Shown here: piece after piece, positions 25,820 to 38,273 of the stretch
How positions within the stretch are numbered: the stretch's first letter is position 1
Layout of the letters: the number at the start of each line of letters is the position of its first letter
Source: an uncultured delta proteobacterium
Lineage (GTDB): Bacteria > Myxococcota_A > Polyangia > Polyangiales > Polyangiaceae
Length of the DNA: 64,000 bases
NCBI GenBank assembly: GCA_963806225.1
Contig: CAWDXG010000004.1
Location: 896,001 to 960,000 of the forward strand
Reading direction: 5' to 3'
Made by a program: the position numbers and the translations under genes
The notes under the pieces: model-generated
What the model was told of the DNA's origin: nothing
What the model saw: only the letters and a program-made list of their open reading frames with translations
Database searches by the model: none

Positions 25820-26842
25820 ATGTTCCACCCCTCTGCGCGCTCCCCGCGAGCAGCGCGCCGGTGCCGAGTAGTCCTGGCTTCGCTGTGCCTCTCGCTCTTG
25901 GCGGCGACCGCCTTCGCCGGTCCGAGCCGCAAGGAGCTGTCACAAGCCCGCGCCAAGTTCCAGCAAGGCACCGAGCTCGAACAGGCCGGCGACTGGAGCA
26001 CGGCCCTCACCCGCTTCCGCGAGGTCGGGCAGGTGCGGATGACGGCGCAGGTCCGCTATCACATCGCGCTCTGCGAGGAGCACCTCGGACAGCTGGTAGT
26101 GGCGCTGGGTGGCTACAAGCTCGCGCTCCAGAGTGCGGACGAGGTCCGGGCCAAGTCGTTCAAAACCACCGTCACGAAGCACATCAGCGACCTCGAGGCA
26201 CGCATCCCCAAGGTCACCATCAAGCGCGGCAAGGGCGCCGAGGCCGCCAGCATCGAGCTCGACGGAGTCAGGCTGGGTGTTTCCTCGATCGGGGTGCCGG
26301 TGCCCATCGACCCCGGTCCTCACACGGTGAGCGCCAAGGCGCCGGGACACGAGCCGTTCTCGCAGACGGTGTCCGTTGCCGAGAAGGACAAGAAGACGCT
26401 CGAGGTGACACTGAAGCCGACTCCCACGGCCGCGACGGGCACCCCCACCGGACCGGTCGGCGGGGAAGAGCACCCGCTCGAGGTCAAGCCGCGCTCGAAG
26501 GTCCTGCCCTTCATCATCGGCGGTGTCGGCGTCGCGAGCCTGGCCGCCTCCGGCACGTTCTTCCTACTGAAGAACAAGGCCATCAGCGACTTGAACGCCG
26601 CGTGCGGCTCCAATCACAACGCCTGCCCGGCATCGAGCAAGAGCGACTACGACAAGGCCAAGACCTACAACCTCGTCTCGGAAATCACACTCGGCGTGGG
26701 CGTCGCGGGTGTGGGCGCTGCCGTCGTACTGCTTTTGACCGGACATCACGCGGAGGCCAAGCCCGCGGACAAGACCGCCCTCCGGCTGCTCCCCGCTGCT
26801 CCCGACAGCGAAGCCGGCGCGTCACTGGTCGGTCGCTTCTAG
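25820..26842 (+). CDS. Secreted TPR-like + PEGA-domain protein with two C-terminal hydrophobic helices
   Basis: Signal peptide, 'ARAKFQQG.ELE.AGDW..AL', 'IELDG...DPGPHTVSAKAPG' and C-terminal 'LVGRF'. Confidence 0.8.
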   Translation: MFHPSARSPRAARRCRVVLASLCLSLLAATAFAGPSRKELSQARAKFQQGTELEQAGDWSTALTRFREVGQVRMTAQVRYHIALCEEHLGQLVVALGGYKLALQSADEVRAKSFKTTVTKHISDLEARIPKVTIKRGKGAEAASIELDGVRLGVSSIGVPVPIDPGPHTVSAKAPGHEPFSQTVSVAEKDKKTLEVTLKPTPTAATGTPTGPVGGEEHPLEVKPRSKVLPFIIGGVGVASLAASGTFFLLKNKAISDLNAACGSNHNACPASSKSDYDKAKTYNLVSEITLGVGVAGVGAAVVLLLTGHHAEAKPADKTALRLLPAAPDSEAGASLVGRF

Positions 26843-26920
26843 CTGCGACGCCCGGCCCAGCGCCTCCGCGGTGGGGTCACTCCCTGCCCGCGCGCTCCCG
26901 ACCTGGCGGCGCCGGAGCAG

Positions 26921-28504
<1,584 letters not shown>

Positions 28505-28764
28505 TCAACGTCAATTGTCGCAGAGGCCCGGGCGCATCACAAGCTGGCGGCGTCCCCGGAAATGCCGCGGTAACTTTTTCGCTCCGCGCTCATAATCGCG
28601 CTGCCTCGAGCCACTCATGAAGTGGGAGAGTGTACGCCGGCCCTGGGCGGGCCCGACCCGCCCAGCCCTCGCTCAGCTTGCTGGCCAGGCGCGCGGAAGG
28701 AGTGCAATATGGGAAGTGCGCCGTTCTGCGCCTTGCTCCCTTTCTACCAGAGCCCCTATCTAGG

Positions 28765-31608
28765 ATGTCGCAGAGAACCCGTCTGATCCTGGTGCTGGCA
28801 GCCGCGCTCGGCAGCCTGTCGTGCACCGTGCCCCAATACGGATTCAGCAACTCCACGGACGCCGGCCAGGACGCCACGGGCGGCAGCGGTGGGCAGAACG
28901 ACGGCGGGAACGCCGGCGCGAATGACGGGGGAACCTGTCATTCGAATGCCGACTGCGCCGCGACACCCGCCACACCGGTGTGCGACACCGGCTCGGGCAG
29001 CTGCGTCGAGTGCCTGCCCGGGGGCAGCGACTGTGCGTTCGGCAGCTATTGCGACACGACCGACCACTGCGTCACCGGCTGCAACTCGGACGCCGACTGC
29101 AACGCGCCCTCCGGGGACGCCGGCGACGCCGGCAGCACCCATCTGACCTGCGACACGACCACCCATCTCTGCAGCTGCCAGAATCTCGGCGACTGTCCTC
29201 CGGGCACCATCTGCGACACGCAATCCGGAACGTGCAAGCCCGGTTGCAGCGACAAGCAACCCTGCCCGACAGGGCAGCAGTGCTGCGACAACAACTGCTC
29301 GAACGTGCTCGTCGACGACGCCAACTGCGGCAGCTGCGGCAACGCCTGCCAGCCTGCCAACGGCACGGGCACCTGCAGCAACGGCTCCTGCACGATCACG
29401 GGCTGCAGCGCGGGCTACGCCGACTGCAACAACGACCCCACCGACGGCTGCGAGTCGAACCAGAGCCAGGACCCCGCCAACTGCGGCAGCTGCGGCAACA
29501 CCTGTGCGCTTTCGCACGCCACGGCCAAGTGCACGGGTGGCACGTGCGGCGTCGCCAGCTGCGACTCCGGCTACACCGACTGCAACGCCGACCCCACCGA
29601 CGGCTGCGAGGCCCAGCTCGACAGCGACGTCAACAACTGCGGCGCCTGCGGCAGTGCCTGCAGCACCAACCACTCCACGCCGAGCTGCACCAAGGGCGTG
29701 TGCGGGGTCAGCTGCGCCACCGGGTTCGACGACTGCAACTTCGACCCTGTCGACGGCTGCGAAACGAACATCAACACGAACGTCGACAACTGCTCGGCGT
29801 GCGGCAAGGGCTGCCCGTCGGGTACGGGCACGCCCAACTGCGTCGGCGGGGTGTGCGGCGTCAGCCAGTGCACGGGCAACCTGGCCGATTGTGACGGGCT
29901 CGCGAGCAACGGCTGCGAGGCCAACATCTCCACGGATCCCGGCAACTGCGGAAAGTGCGGCAACGCCTGCTCCGCGGCCAATGCGACCGTGGCCTGCAGC
30001 GCCGGCAAATGCGGGATCACTGGCTGCAGCACGAACTTCGCGAACTGCAACAGCCAGTACACCGACGGCTGTGAGGCCAATCTGAAGTCGGACGTCGGCA
30101 ACTGCGGCGGCTGCGGAAACGTCTGCAGCAGCACGAACGGCACGCCGTCGTGCAACCAGGGCCTGTGCGCCATCACCTGCAAAGCCGGGTTCGACAACTG
30201 CGACGGCAAGATTTCGACAGGCTGCGAAACCCCGCTCAACACCGTGTCGAACTGCGGCGCGTGCGGCGTGAAGTGCGCCAACGGGCACGGATCGACGACT
30301 TGCTCGGCGGGAGCCTGCAAGCCGACCTGCGCCGCCGGCTGGGGCGACTGCAACGGCGACCCGACCGACGGCTGCGAGACCCAGCTGAACACCAACACCA
30401 ACTGCGGCGCCTGCGGCCAGGGCTGCAACCCGCCGAATGCTGCCGGCGACTGCAGCACCGGCAGCTGCCAGGTCAGCACCTGCTCCCCCGGCTGGGGCGA
30501 CTGCACGTCCGCTGCGGGCTGCGAGACGCACATCGCGACCGACAAGGCCAACTGCGGCGGCTGCGGCTCTGCCTGCAGCAACAACAACGGCACGCCAGCC
30601 TGCAGTGGCGGCAACTGCAGCATCGCCTGCAACAGCGGCTACGCGGACTGCGACAGCGACGCGCGCACCAACGGCTGCGAGATCCACACGGCCATCGACC
30701 CGAACCACTGCGGGACCTGTACCAAGACGTGCTCGGGCTCGACGCCCAACTGCTCGAACGGCAGCTGCATCTCGGCCTGCGCCCTTGGCACCGCCGATTG
30801 CGACGGTAATTCCGCCAACGGCTGCGAGACCGACATCGCGAGCGACGGAAATAACTGCGGCGGCTGCGGCAAGACCTGCACGGCGTCGCAGTACTGCAAC
30901 GGCGGTTCGTGCTCCACGTGCGCCGGGGGCCACAGCGACTGCGACAAGGACGGCACGAACGCCTGCGAGGCGGCGACCGCCAGCGATCCGAACAACTGCG
31001 GCGGCTGCGCGACGCGCTGCGGCTCGGACGGCACCTGCGGCTGCTCGTCCAGCAGCTGCAGCGGCGGCACCATCTACTTCTCGGAGGACTTCTCGGACAA
31101 CTCGCGCGGCTGGACGTTCGGCAACGAGTGGGCCATCGGTCCGACCAAGACCAGCTCCGGCCAGGAGGAGGGCTTCCCGGATCCTGCCAGCGACCACTCC
31201 ACCACGTCGGACAACGGCGTGGCGGGCATCGTGTTGGGCGGCAACTATTCGTACGCCACCCACTCGGCGTGGTACCTGACCAGCCCCGCGATCAACCTGT
31301 CCAGCGCCGGCGGCACCGTGCACCTCACTTTCTGGCGCTGGCTGAACTGCGACGCAGTGCCGTACACGACCGACACGGTCGAGGTCTACAACGGCAGCTG
31401 GCACACGCTGTGGACCAACCCTGGCTCGAACGTGCTGGTCACCGACTCGGCGTGGACGCGCGAGACGTTCGACGTGACCAGCTACAAGAGCGCTAGCTTC
31501 AAGGTGCGCTTCGGCTTCGCCACCGGCACCAAGGGCGCGTTCCGCGCCTGGGTCATGAGCGGCTGGAACATCGACGACGTGTCGCTGTCCAGCGGCACCT
31601 GCAACTAG
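28765..31608 (+). CDS. Large Cys-rich repeat lipoprotein (Stig1-like repeats) with a C-terminal jelly-roll/MAM-like domain
   Basis: Lipobox 'LSC'; 12 repeats containing (N/H)C(G/S)xCxxxC, most preceded by DCx6-7GCE. The C-terminal domain reads 'FSEDF...LTSPAINL...LTFWRW...FKVRF...GWNIDDV'. Confidence 0.85.
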   Translation: MSQRTRLILVLAAALGSLSCTVPQYGFSNSTDAGQDATGGSGGQNDGGNAGANDGGTCHSNADCAATPATPVCDTGSGSCVECLPGGSDCAFGSYCDTTDHCVTGCNSDADCNAPSGDAGDAGSTHLTCDTTTHLCSCQNLGDCPPGTICDTQSGTCKPGCSDKQPCPTGQQCCDNNCSNVLVDDANCGSCGNACQPANGTGTCSNGSCTITGCSAGYADCNNDPTDGCESNQSQDPANCGSCGNTCALSHATAKCTGGTCGVASCDSGYTDCNADPTDGCEAQLDSDVNNCGACGSACSTNHSTPSCTKGVCGVSCATGFDDCNFDPVDGCETNINTNVDNCSACGKGCPSGTGTPNCVGGVCGVSQCTGNLADCDGLASNGCEANISTDPGNCGKCGNACSAANATVACSAGKCGITGCSTNFANCNSQYTDGCEANLKSDVGNCGGCGNVCSSTNGTPSCNQGLCAITCKAGFDNCDGKISTGCETPLNTVSNCGACGVKCANGHGSTTCSAGACKPTCAAGWGDCNGDPTDGCETQLNTNTNCGACGQGCNPPNAAGDCSTGSCQVSTCSPGWGDCTSAAGCETHIATDKANCGGCGSACSNNNGTPACSGGNCSIACNSGYADCDSDARTNGCEIHTAIDPNHCGTCTKTCSGSTPNCSNGSCISACALGTADCDGNSANGCETDIASDGNNCGGCGKTCTASQYCNGGSCSTCAGGHSDCDKDGTNACEAATASDPNNCGGCATRCGSDGTCGCSSSSCSGGTIYFSEDFSDNSRGWTFGNEWAIGPTKTSSGQEEGFPDPASDHSTTSDNGVAGIVLGGNYSYATHSAWYLTSPAINLSSAGGTVHLTFWRWLNCDAVPYTTDTVEVYNGSWHTLWTNPGSNVLVTDSAWTRETFDVTSYKSASFKVRFGFATGTKGAFRAWVMSGWNIDDVSLSSGTCN

Positions 31609-31612
31609 AGCG

Positions 31613-32155
31613 CTAGCGCCGGACCAGCATGCGGTCGGCGAGCTCGCGCGCCTGGTCGGCGCCCACCAGCCGCTCCACCAGCGCGAGCGCGAACTCCATC
31701 GCGGTGCCGGCGCCGCGACTGGTGATCAATTGGCCGTCGGTCACCACGCGCTCCTCCACGTACTCGGCGCTCGGCAGCTCGAGACCGGGGAAGGACGTGG
31801 CCCGGCGCCCGGCGAGGACGCCGGCCGCCTCCAGCGCGATCGGCGCGGCGCAGATAGCACCGAGCAGCTTGCCGTCGTTATTGAAGCGCTTCAGTAGCGC
31901 CAGCACGCGCTTGTCGTCCCGGAGGTTCGCCGAGCCGGGCATGCCACCCGGCAGCACCAGCGCGTCGTAGCCGTCGATCCGCATCTGGTCCATGTGACGC
32001 TCCGGCACGATGGGAATGCCGTGCGAGCCGCGGGCGGGGCCGTCCCCCACCCCGACCACCGTGACCTCCACCTCGGCGCGGCGCAGCACGTCGATGATCG
32101 TCACCGCCTCGATTTCCTCGAAGCCGTCCGCCAACAGAACCAGAACCTTCGCCAT
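31613..32155 (-). CDS. DJ-1/YajL (ThiJ) family glyoxalase/deglycase
   Basis: 'LADGFEEIEA', 'LVLPGGMPG', 'GAICAAP' and 'ITSRGAGTA'. Confidence 0.93.
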   Translation of the reverse strand: MAKVLVLLADGFEEIEAVTIIDVLRRAEVEVTVVGVGDGPARGSHGIPIVPERHMDQMRIDGYDALVLPGGMPGSANLRDDKRVLALLKRFNNDGKLLGAICAAPIALEAAGVLAGRRATSFPGLELPSAEYVEERVVTDGQLITSRGAGTAMEFALALVERLVGADQARELADRMLVRR

Positions 32156-32217
32156 GACCGCTCCCAGCCTCGCCGCGAGGCGCCGAGCTACGAAAGTGGG
32201 AGCAAGCGGGGCGCCTG

Positions 32218-33673
32218 TCAATTGCCGCTGGCAGCCGGCCTCGGCGCATTCTTCTGCACCTGGCAGGTCGCCGTCGACAGCTCCAGCGCCAACCCGTGCG
32301 GCGCCGCCAGCAGCATGCGGCCGCGGTCCAGCACGACCGGCTCGGCGTGGCGCAGAACCCGGTCTGTCGACAGCTCGTCGATCAGCTTCCCGTGGTCGTC
32401 GAGCGCCGCCAGCCGGGTCTCGTCGCTCACGCCGGCCAGCGACAGCCATCCCGCCTGCGGTCCGGCATTCTGCGGCGGGTGCTGGTCGACGAGCAGCGTG
32501 GGTACGCCCGCACCGACCTTCTCGTCGTCGAGCACGTGCGTCTCGGTCGACCCGCCGGGGCGCACGCGCGCCAGATGCACGATGCGACCCTCTGCGCCGG
32601 GGGCGGCCTCGTCGTCCCGCCAGGCGAGCAGCGCTCCGCCGTCGGGCGCCGGCGCGACGTCGAAGACCAGCACGTGCGCGTCGTGCTGGGTGACCGAAAT
32701 CGGCGGGGCCGTGGGCGAGCCGTTCTCGTCGAGCGGCACGAGCTCCAGCCAGCGGCTGCCGAGCTCGACGATGGCGCTCCCTGCCCCGGGCCCGGCCGAC
32801 GCCGCGGGCGCGGTCTTCGGGGCCGGCTTCGACGCGCCGGGGCGCTTCGCATGGGCGCGGGTGTGCGGAGATCCACGCCAGCCAGAACCCGCCGGGGCGG
32901 CGCACGATGCGTGGCGCCTCGGCGTCGTCGTCCTTCGGCGACAGCACCCGCGGGCGCGTCGCGTTCGAGACATCGTCCAGCGCAAAGGTGCTGCCGCGGA
33001 TGACACCGTGGTCGCCCCCCTTGTCCCAGTCGTCCCAGACCAGCACGCCGCGCTTCTTACCGAGCTCGACGCCGAACACCTGCGACTGGTCATTGCCCTG
33101 CTCGATATCGCGGCCCCAGACGACATCCGCAGTCCCCGCGGGATTGCGGATCGCCACCAGCCGCAGCGTAGCGCCGCTCGCATCGTTGCCCGCGAGCGCA
33201 ACGACCAGGCTGCCGTCGCGGGCAGCCAGCCGGGGCGGATCGGCGTCGCCGTAGACGCGCCCCAGCTCCACGAGCTTCCCGCCATCGGCGTCCGGGCCGA
33301 CAATCGCGATCACGGCACCGGTACCGCCGTCCATCGACTGCAGCGCCGACACGGCGAAGCCCGACGGCAGCGGGACGGCCGAGCCGAGATCCACCGCGAA
33401 CGGCAGCGGCACGTCGTCGTCCCCGTCGCCGGGATTGTTCTGGCCGGGCCGCCCGATGGTGAACGAGGCGCCGCGTTTGACCGCACTGCAGCGGGGCGAC
33501 GGCGGGCCGGCGGTCTTCGCGCTCGGCGCCTCCGGAGCGCTCGCGGCAGCGGGCTTCTTGTGCTTCTTGCAGCCCGCGCCGAGCGTCGCCGCGAGCAGCA
33601 GGCCCAGACCGACCCGCACGGGTACGGCGAGCGACGGGAATTGGCGGGCGTCGGTGCCTGGGATTGTCGGCAT
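32218..33673 (-). CDS. Hypothetical lipoprotein (frameshift near 32860)
   Basis: Lipobox 'LGAGC' and beta-rich segments. The frame change produces an artefactual fusion to the DJ-1 gene in the ORF track. Confidence 0.6.
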
Positions 33674-33835
33674 GGCTCCTGGCAGGACGAGTGCCTCCGC
33701 TCATCTAGTCGCCACCCGGGCGCCGGGCAAGCAAGAGACGGCGCCGGGCCCTGGTTGTGGCGGCAAGGCCGCGATATCATTGTTCCGGGTGTCGAGCAGT
33801 GGCCTATCGGCCTACGCTCCCCCCCGAGGATTTTG

Positions 33836-36473
33836 ATGGCCAAGGGCGAGCTGACCAAGCCGTACGAGCCGAACCCTGCGCTCCGGGCGCTCTACCGACG
33901 TTTCTTCGATCGCATCCAGGTCGACGACGCGCTGGGTGCGGGACGTCCGGCGCCTGTCGCAGCAGGGCACCGTCGTGTACGTGCTCCGCAACCTGAACTT
34001 CATCGACTTCTTCGCGCTCGACCATCTGACCAAGCGCTACGGGCTGCCGCAGGTGCGGTTCGCCAACGACCTGGGCCTCTGGGTGCTGAACCCCATGGGC
34101 AAGGGCTGGCTCAACGCCATCCTCCCCCGCCCCGGCGTCACGCCGTCGGACGAGCTGCGCGACGCCATCGAGCGCGGAGGCTCGGCCGCGCTGTTCCTCA
34201 AGCGCCCGCCCGGCGTGCTCGACGTAGCAGCCGGCGCCAGCGGCGGCCGCGGGCTCAAGGAGGGCGACGAGCTGGTGCGCACGCTCATCGATCTGCAGCG
34301 CGAGCGAAAAGCGCCGATCCTGCTCGTGCCCCAGGTCTTCGTGTGGACGAAGCAGCCCGACACGCGCGGGACGCGGCGCATGGACTTCCTGCTCGGCCCG
34401 CGCGAGTGGCCGAGCCCGGCGCGCACGGTCGGGCAGTTCCTCTCGAACTACAAGCACGTGGCGCTCAAGGCCGGCGAGCCGCTCGACCTGTCCGAGTTCC
34501 TGGAGGGCGCCAACGGCGCCTCCGACGCGGTGCGCGTGCGGCGCGTGACGTACGCGATGCTCCGGCGGCTCGAACGCGAGCGGCGCAGCGTGACCGGGCC
34601 CGCCGAAAAGGCTCCCGATCGCGTGCGCATGGAGATCCTCCGAAGCCCCCGGCTGCGCAAGGTGATAAGCGATCTGGCTGGCGCGCGCGCCTGCCGATCG
34701 CTACGTGCTGACCGGTCGCGCGCTGAACATGCTGCGCCAGCTCCAGGCCACCCAGGACATGGCCACGATCAAGGGGCTGGAGGTCGATCTTCCACCGCGT
34801 CTTCCATCGCATCTACGCCGGCATCGAATACGACAAGAGCCGACATCGAGCGCGTCCGCGCCGCGGCCAAGGAAGGCACGCTGGTGCTCTTGCCCAGCCA
34901 CAAGAGCCACATCGACTATCTGATCCTGAGCTACGTCTTCAACGAGGAAAACCTGCAGCTGCCGCTGATCGCGGCGGGCGACAATCTGAACTTCTTCCCG
35001 CTCGGCGGCATCTTCCGGCGCGGCGGCGCGTTCTTCATCCGCCGTTCGTTCAAGGGCGATCGCCTGTACGCGGCGGTCGTCGACGCCTACATCCGCCGGC
35101 TGATCCGCGATGGCTACCCGATCGAGCTGTTCCTCGAGGGGGGCCGCAGCCGCACCGGGAAGCTGCTGGCGCCAAAGTTCGGTCTGCTCAACATGATCGT
35201 CGACGCCGCGCTCGGCGTCTCGCAGCGGCGCGCGTACTTCGTCCCCGTCAGCATCGGCTACGAGCGCGTCGTCGAGGCAGGCAGCTACGAGCGCGAGCTC
35301 AGCGGCGGCGAGAAGTCGAAGGAGGACGCCGCAGGCCTGCTCAAGACGACCGAGGTGCTGCGCCACCGCTACGGCCGCATCAACCTGCAGTTCGGGCAGA
35401 TCCTGACGCTGGACGAGATCCGCGAGGAGCTCGGCCTCCAGAACCGAGCAGTCGCTGACACCGGCCAAGCGCCGCGCGCTCGTCACCCGGCTCGGCAATC
35501 GCGTGATGGACGAGATCAACCGCGTCGCCGCCGTGACGCCGGGCGCGCTGACCGCGCTGGCACTGCTCAGTCACGACAAGCGCGGCATCCTGCACGAGGA
35601 GCTGGTCGAGCGCGCGTCCAGGCTTCTGGCCGTGCTCGACAGGCTGGGCGCACGCATCTCGCCGGCCATCGCCACCGCCTCCGGCGCGCTGCATCCGGAG
35701 GCCATCCGCGAGGCCATCCAGATGTTCGTCGACGCGGAGATGGTCGAAGCGCACCTGCCCGGCGAGCCCGAGGCGACGCGCAAGCGCAAGGTCCGCGCCG
35801 GCGAGGGCGTGATCTACACCACCATGCAGGGCAAGCGGCTCACCCTCGATACCTCGAAGAACTTCATCGTCCACTTCTTCGTCGAGCGGGCGCTGGTGGC
35901 CATCGCGATGCTGGTGCCACCAGGACCGCCGGTCGGCGTCTCCACCGTGCGCGAGCGCGTGCAGAACCTCTCGAGGCTCTTCAAGCACGAGTTCCGCTTC
36001 CGCGCGGATGCACCCTTCGACGACATCTTCGCGGAGACCCTCGCCGCCATGAAAAAGGACGGCGTGGTCGAGCTCACCGACGGGCGGCCAGCTCGCCGCC
36101 GGTCCGGGCGAAGGCGGCTGGAGCGGCGAGCAGTGGCTCCACACCTACGCCGCCGTTCTGCAGAGCTTCCTGCAGGGCTACCGCGTCGCGGCGCGTGGAG
36201 CGGTGCCGCTGGTCAAGGGCCCGATGACCGAGAAGGACCTGGTGAAGCGCGCACTTTCGACCGGCAACCGCATGTTCCTCGCCGGCGAGATCGAGCGCCG
36301 CGGAAGCCGTGTGCAAGCCGGTCATCCAGAACGCGTACCTCGCGCTGGTGGACGAGGGCTACCTGGTCCGCGAAGACGGCAAGCTCGCCCTCGCCGAGTC
36401 GTTCCGCAAAAGCGCTGCTGTCGGCGCAATCGAAGGGCGCATCGCGGGGTACATGGAGGAGGTGCCGGAGTGA
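33836..36473 (+). CDS. plsB: Glycerol-3-phosphate acyltransferase (PlsB-like), frameshifted
   Basis: 'LPSHKSHIDY', 'IAAGDNL', 'GAFFIRRSF', 'FLEGGRSRTGKLL' and 'VPVSIGYE'. Confidence 0.9.
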
Positions 36474-37336
36474 GTCGGTCGGGGTGGCAACTCGTCGCTC
36501 TGGCGCTCGCGTCCTGGCCACTCGCCGGCTGTCTCGGTACCCCGACGCCGCTGGCACCCGGCCTCGAGGGATCGCTCGGCGTGCCGCACGACGGGGTACA
36601 GACCGGCGCCGCGGAGCTCCCCGTCCGCGGGCCGGGCTTCGTGCGCTACCGGCCGCACACGCCGAACGACTGGGGCAACCCGAAGCTGGTCCACGCCGTG
36701 GAACAGGCTGCAGCGGTCGTCGCACGAAAACGCCCGGGCGGAGCGCCGCTCGTCATCGGCGACATGTCCGCGCGCTACGGGGGGGATATCCCCGGCCACG
36801 CATCGCACGAGAACGGCCGCGACGCGGATCTGCTCTGGTACGTGACCACACCGGCGGGCGCGCCGGTAAGGAATCCGGGCTTCATCCACATGGGCAGCGA
36901 CGGGCTGGCGGAGGTGGTCGGGCGCGGGGACTTCCTGCGGCTGGACGTGGCGCGCGAGTGGCTCCTGATCAAGACGCTGCTCCAGTCGCCGGACATCGGC
37001 GTGGAGTGGATGTTCTGCGCGCGACCCGTCGAAGCGCTGATCATCGACTACGCGCGGGCGCGCGACGAGGATCCGGCTCTCGTGTGGCACGCCGAGACGG
37101 TGCTGCAGCAGCCGGGCGACAGCGCGCCGCACGACGACCACATCCATCTGCGCATGGCGTGCACCGGTGACCTCGCCGTTCACGGCTGCGAGGGCGGCGG
37201 CCCCTACTGGGATTGGCTGCCGCCGCAGCCGGAGCTCGGGCCGCTCGACAAGTCGACGCTGGAATCGATCGCCGAGGACGACCCGCTCGACATCGAGCGC
37301 TCGGTGGCCGGAAGCGCGGCGGGAAACGGAGCGTAG
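36470..37336 (+). CDS. mepA: Penicillin-insensitive murein endopeptidase (MepA-like) lipoprotein
   Basis: Lipobox 'LAGC', 'IGDMS..YGG...GHASHENGRDAD' and 'HDDHIHLR'. Confidence 0.88.
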   Translation: MSRSGWQLVALALASWPLAGCLGTPTPLAPGLEGSLGVPHDGVQTGAAELPVRGPGFVRYRPHTPNDWGNPKLVHAVEQAAAVVARKRPGGAPLVIGDMSARYGGDIPGHASHENGRDADLLWYVTTPAGAPVRNPGFIHMGSDGLAEVVGRGDFLRLDVAREWLLIKTLLQSPDIGVEWMFCARPVEALIIDYARARDEDPALVWHAETVLQQPGDSAPHDDHIHLRMACTGDLAVHGCEGGGPYWDWLPPQPELGPLDKSTLESIAEDDPLDIERSVAGSAAGNGA

Positions 37337-37340
37337 GCAC

Positions 37341-38273
37341 TTGAGCGGGCCCGTGCTGCTGGAGGGCGACTGCCTGGAGCTTGTCGGCAAGCTGGCGCGC
37401 GAGGGCGGAGCGTTCGACCTCGTCTACGTCGATCCGCCGTTCAACGCGGGTGGGCGCCGCGCCGCTCGCGACGGCTCCGGCGAGCGCGCGCGAGGCACCG
37501 AGGCCTATCGCGACTACTGGGGCGGGCTCGACGCGTTCCTCTCGATGCTGGAGCCGCGGATGGAGGCGATACGCGACGCAATGACCGGGCGCGGCAGCCT
37601 ATGGCTGCACCTCGACCATCGCACGGTGCACGACGCCAAGGTGCTGTGCGACCGCGTCTTCGGGCGCAGCGCGTTCCAGGGCGAGATGGTGTGGGCGCCC
37701 GGCAACGGAGCGCGACGCAGGAGAGGCCCCAGTGTGACGCACCAGACGATCCTGATCTACGCGCGCGGCGACATGATCTGGAACGGCGACGACCCGGCGC
37801 TGCGCGAGCCCTATGCCGCCACCAGCCAGCGCATGCATTTCAAACACGTGGACGCCTCGGGCCGCCGGTATCGCGAGCGCGTGATAGCCGGCAAGGCGTA
37901 CCGCTACTACGCCGACGAGGGGCGCCGCCGTGGCAGCGTCTGGACCGATTGCTCCGCCATGCGCGCCAACACGCCCCTGGTGGCCGAGACCACCGGCTAC
38001 CCGACGCAGAAACCCGAAGCGCTGCTGGAACGCATCGTGCGCGCCGCCAGCCTGCCCGGCAGCCGCGTACTCGACCCGATGTGCGGCTCCGGCACGACGC
38101 TCGCCGTCGCGCTCCAGCTCGACCGCCGCGCCGCCGGCATCGACCAGAGTCCCCTGGCCTGCCGCATCACGCGCGAGCGTCTCGGGATCGGCGCGGACAG
38201 CCCGGCGGATGCCCGACCCGGAGGAAATGGCTCCGGCGGGAAACCGGACGTTGCGCGGCGCCGCGGGCCCTAG
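37341..38273 (+). CDS. Site-specific DNA methyltransferase (N6A/N4C, beta class)
   Basis: Catalytic 'YVDPPF' precedes 'YPTQKPEALLERI' and SAM-binding 'VLDPMCGSGTT'. Confidence 0.9.
   Translation: MSGPVLLEGDCLELVGKLAREGGAFDLVYVDPPFNAGGRRAARDGSGERARGTEAYRDYWGGLDAFLSMLEPRMEAIRDAMTGRGSLWLHLDHRTVHDAKVLCDRVFGRSAFQGEMVWAPGNGARRRRGPSVTHQTILIYARGDMIWNGDDPALREPYAATSQRMHFKHVDASGRRYRERVIAGKAYRYYADEGRRRGSVWTDCSAMRANTPLVAETTGYPTQKPEALLERIVRAASLPGSRVLDPMCGSGTTLAVALQLDRRAAGIDQSPLACRITRERLGIGADSPADARPGGNGSGGKPDVARRRGP

Noticed and set aside
31613..33673. Apparent lipoprotein-DJ-1 fusion (686 aa)
   Set aside because: Caused by a frameshift near 32860; the intervening translation is off-frame and DJ-1 has its own ATG at 32155.
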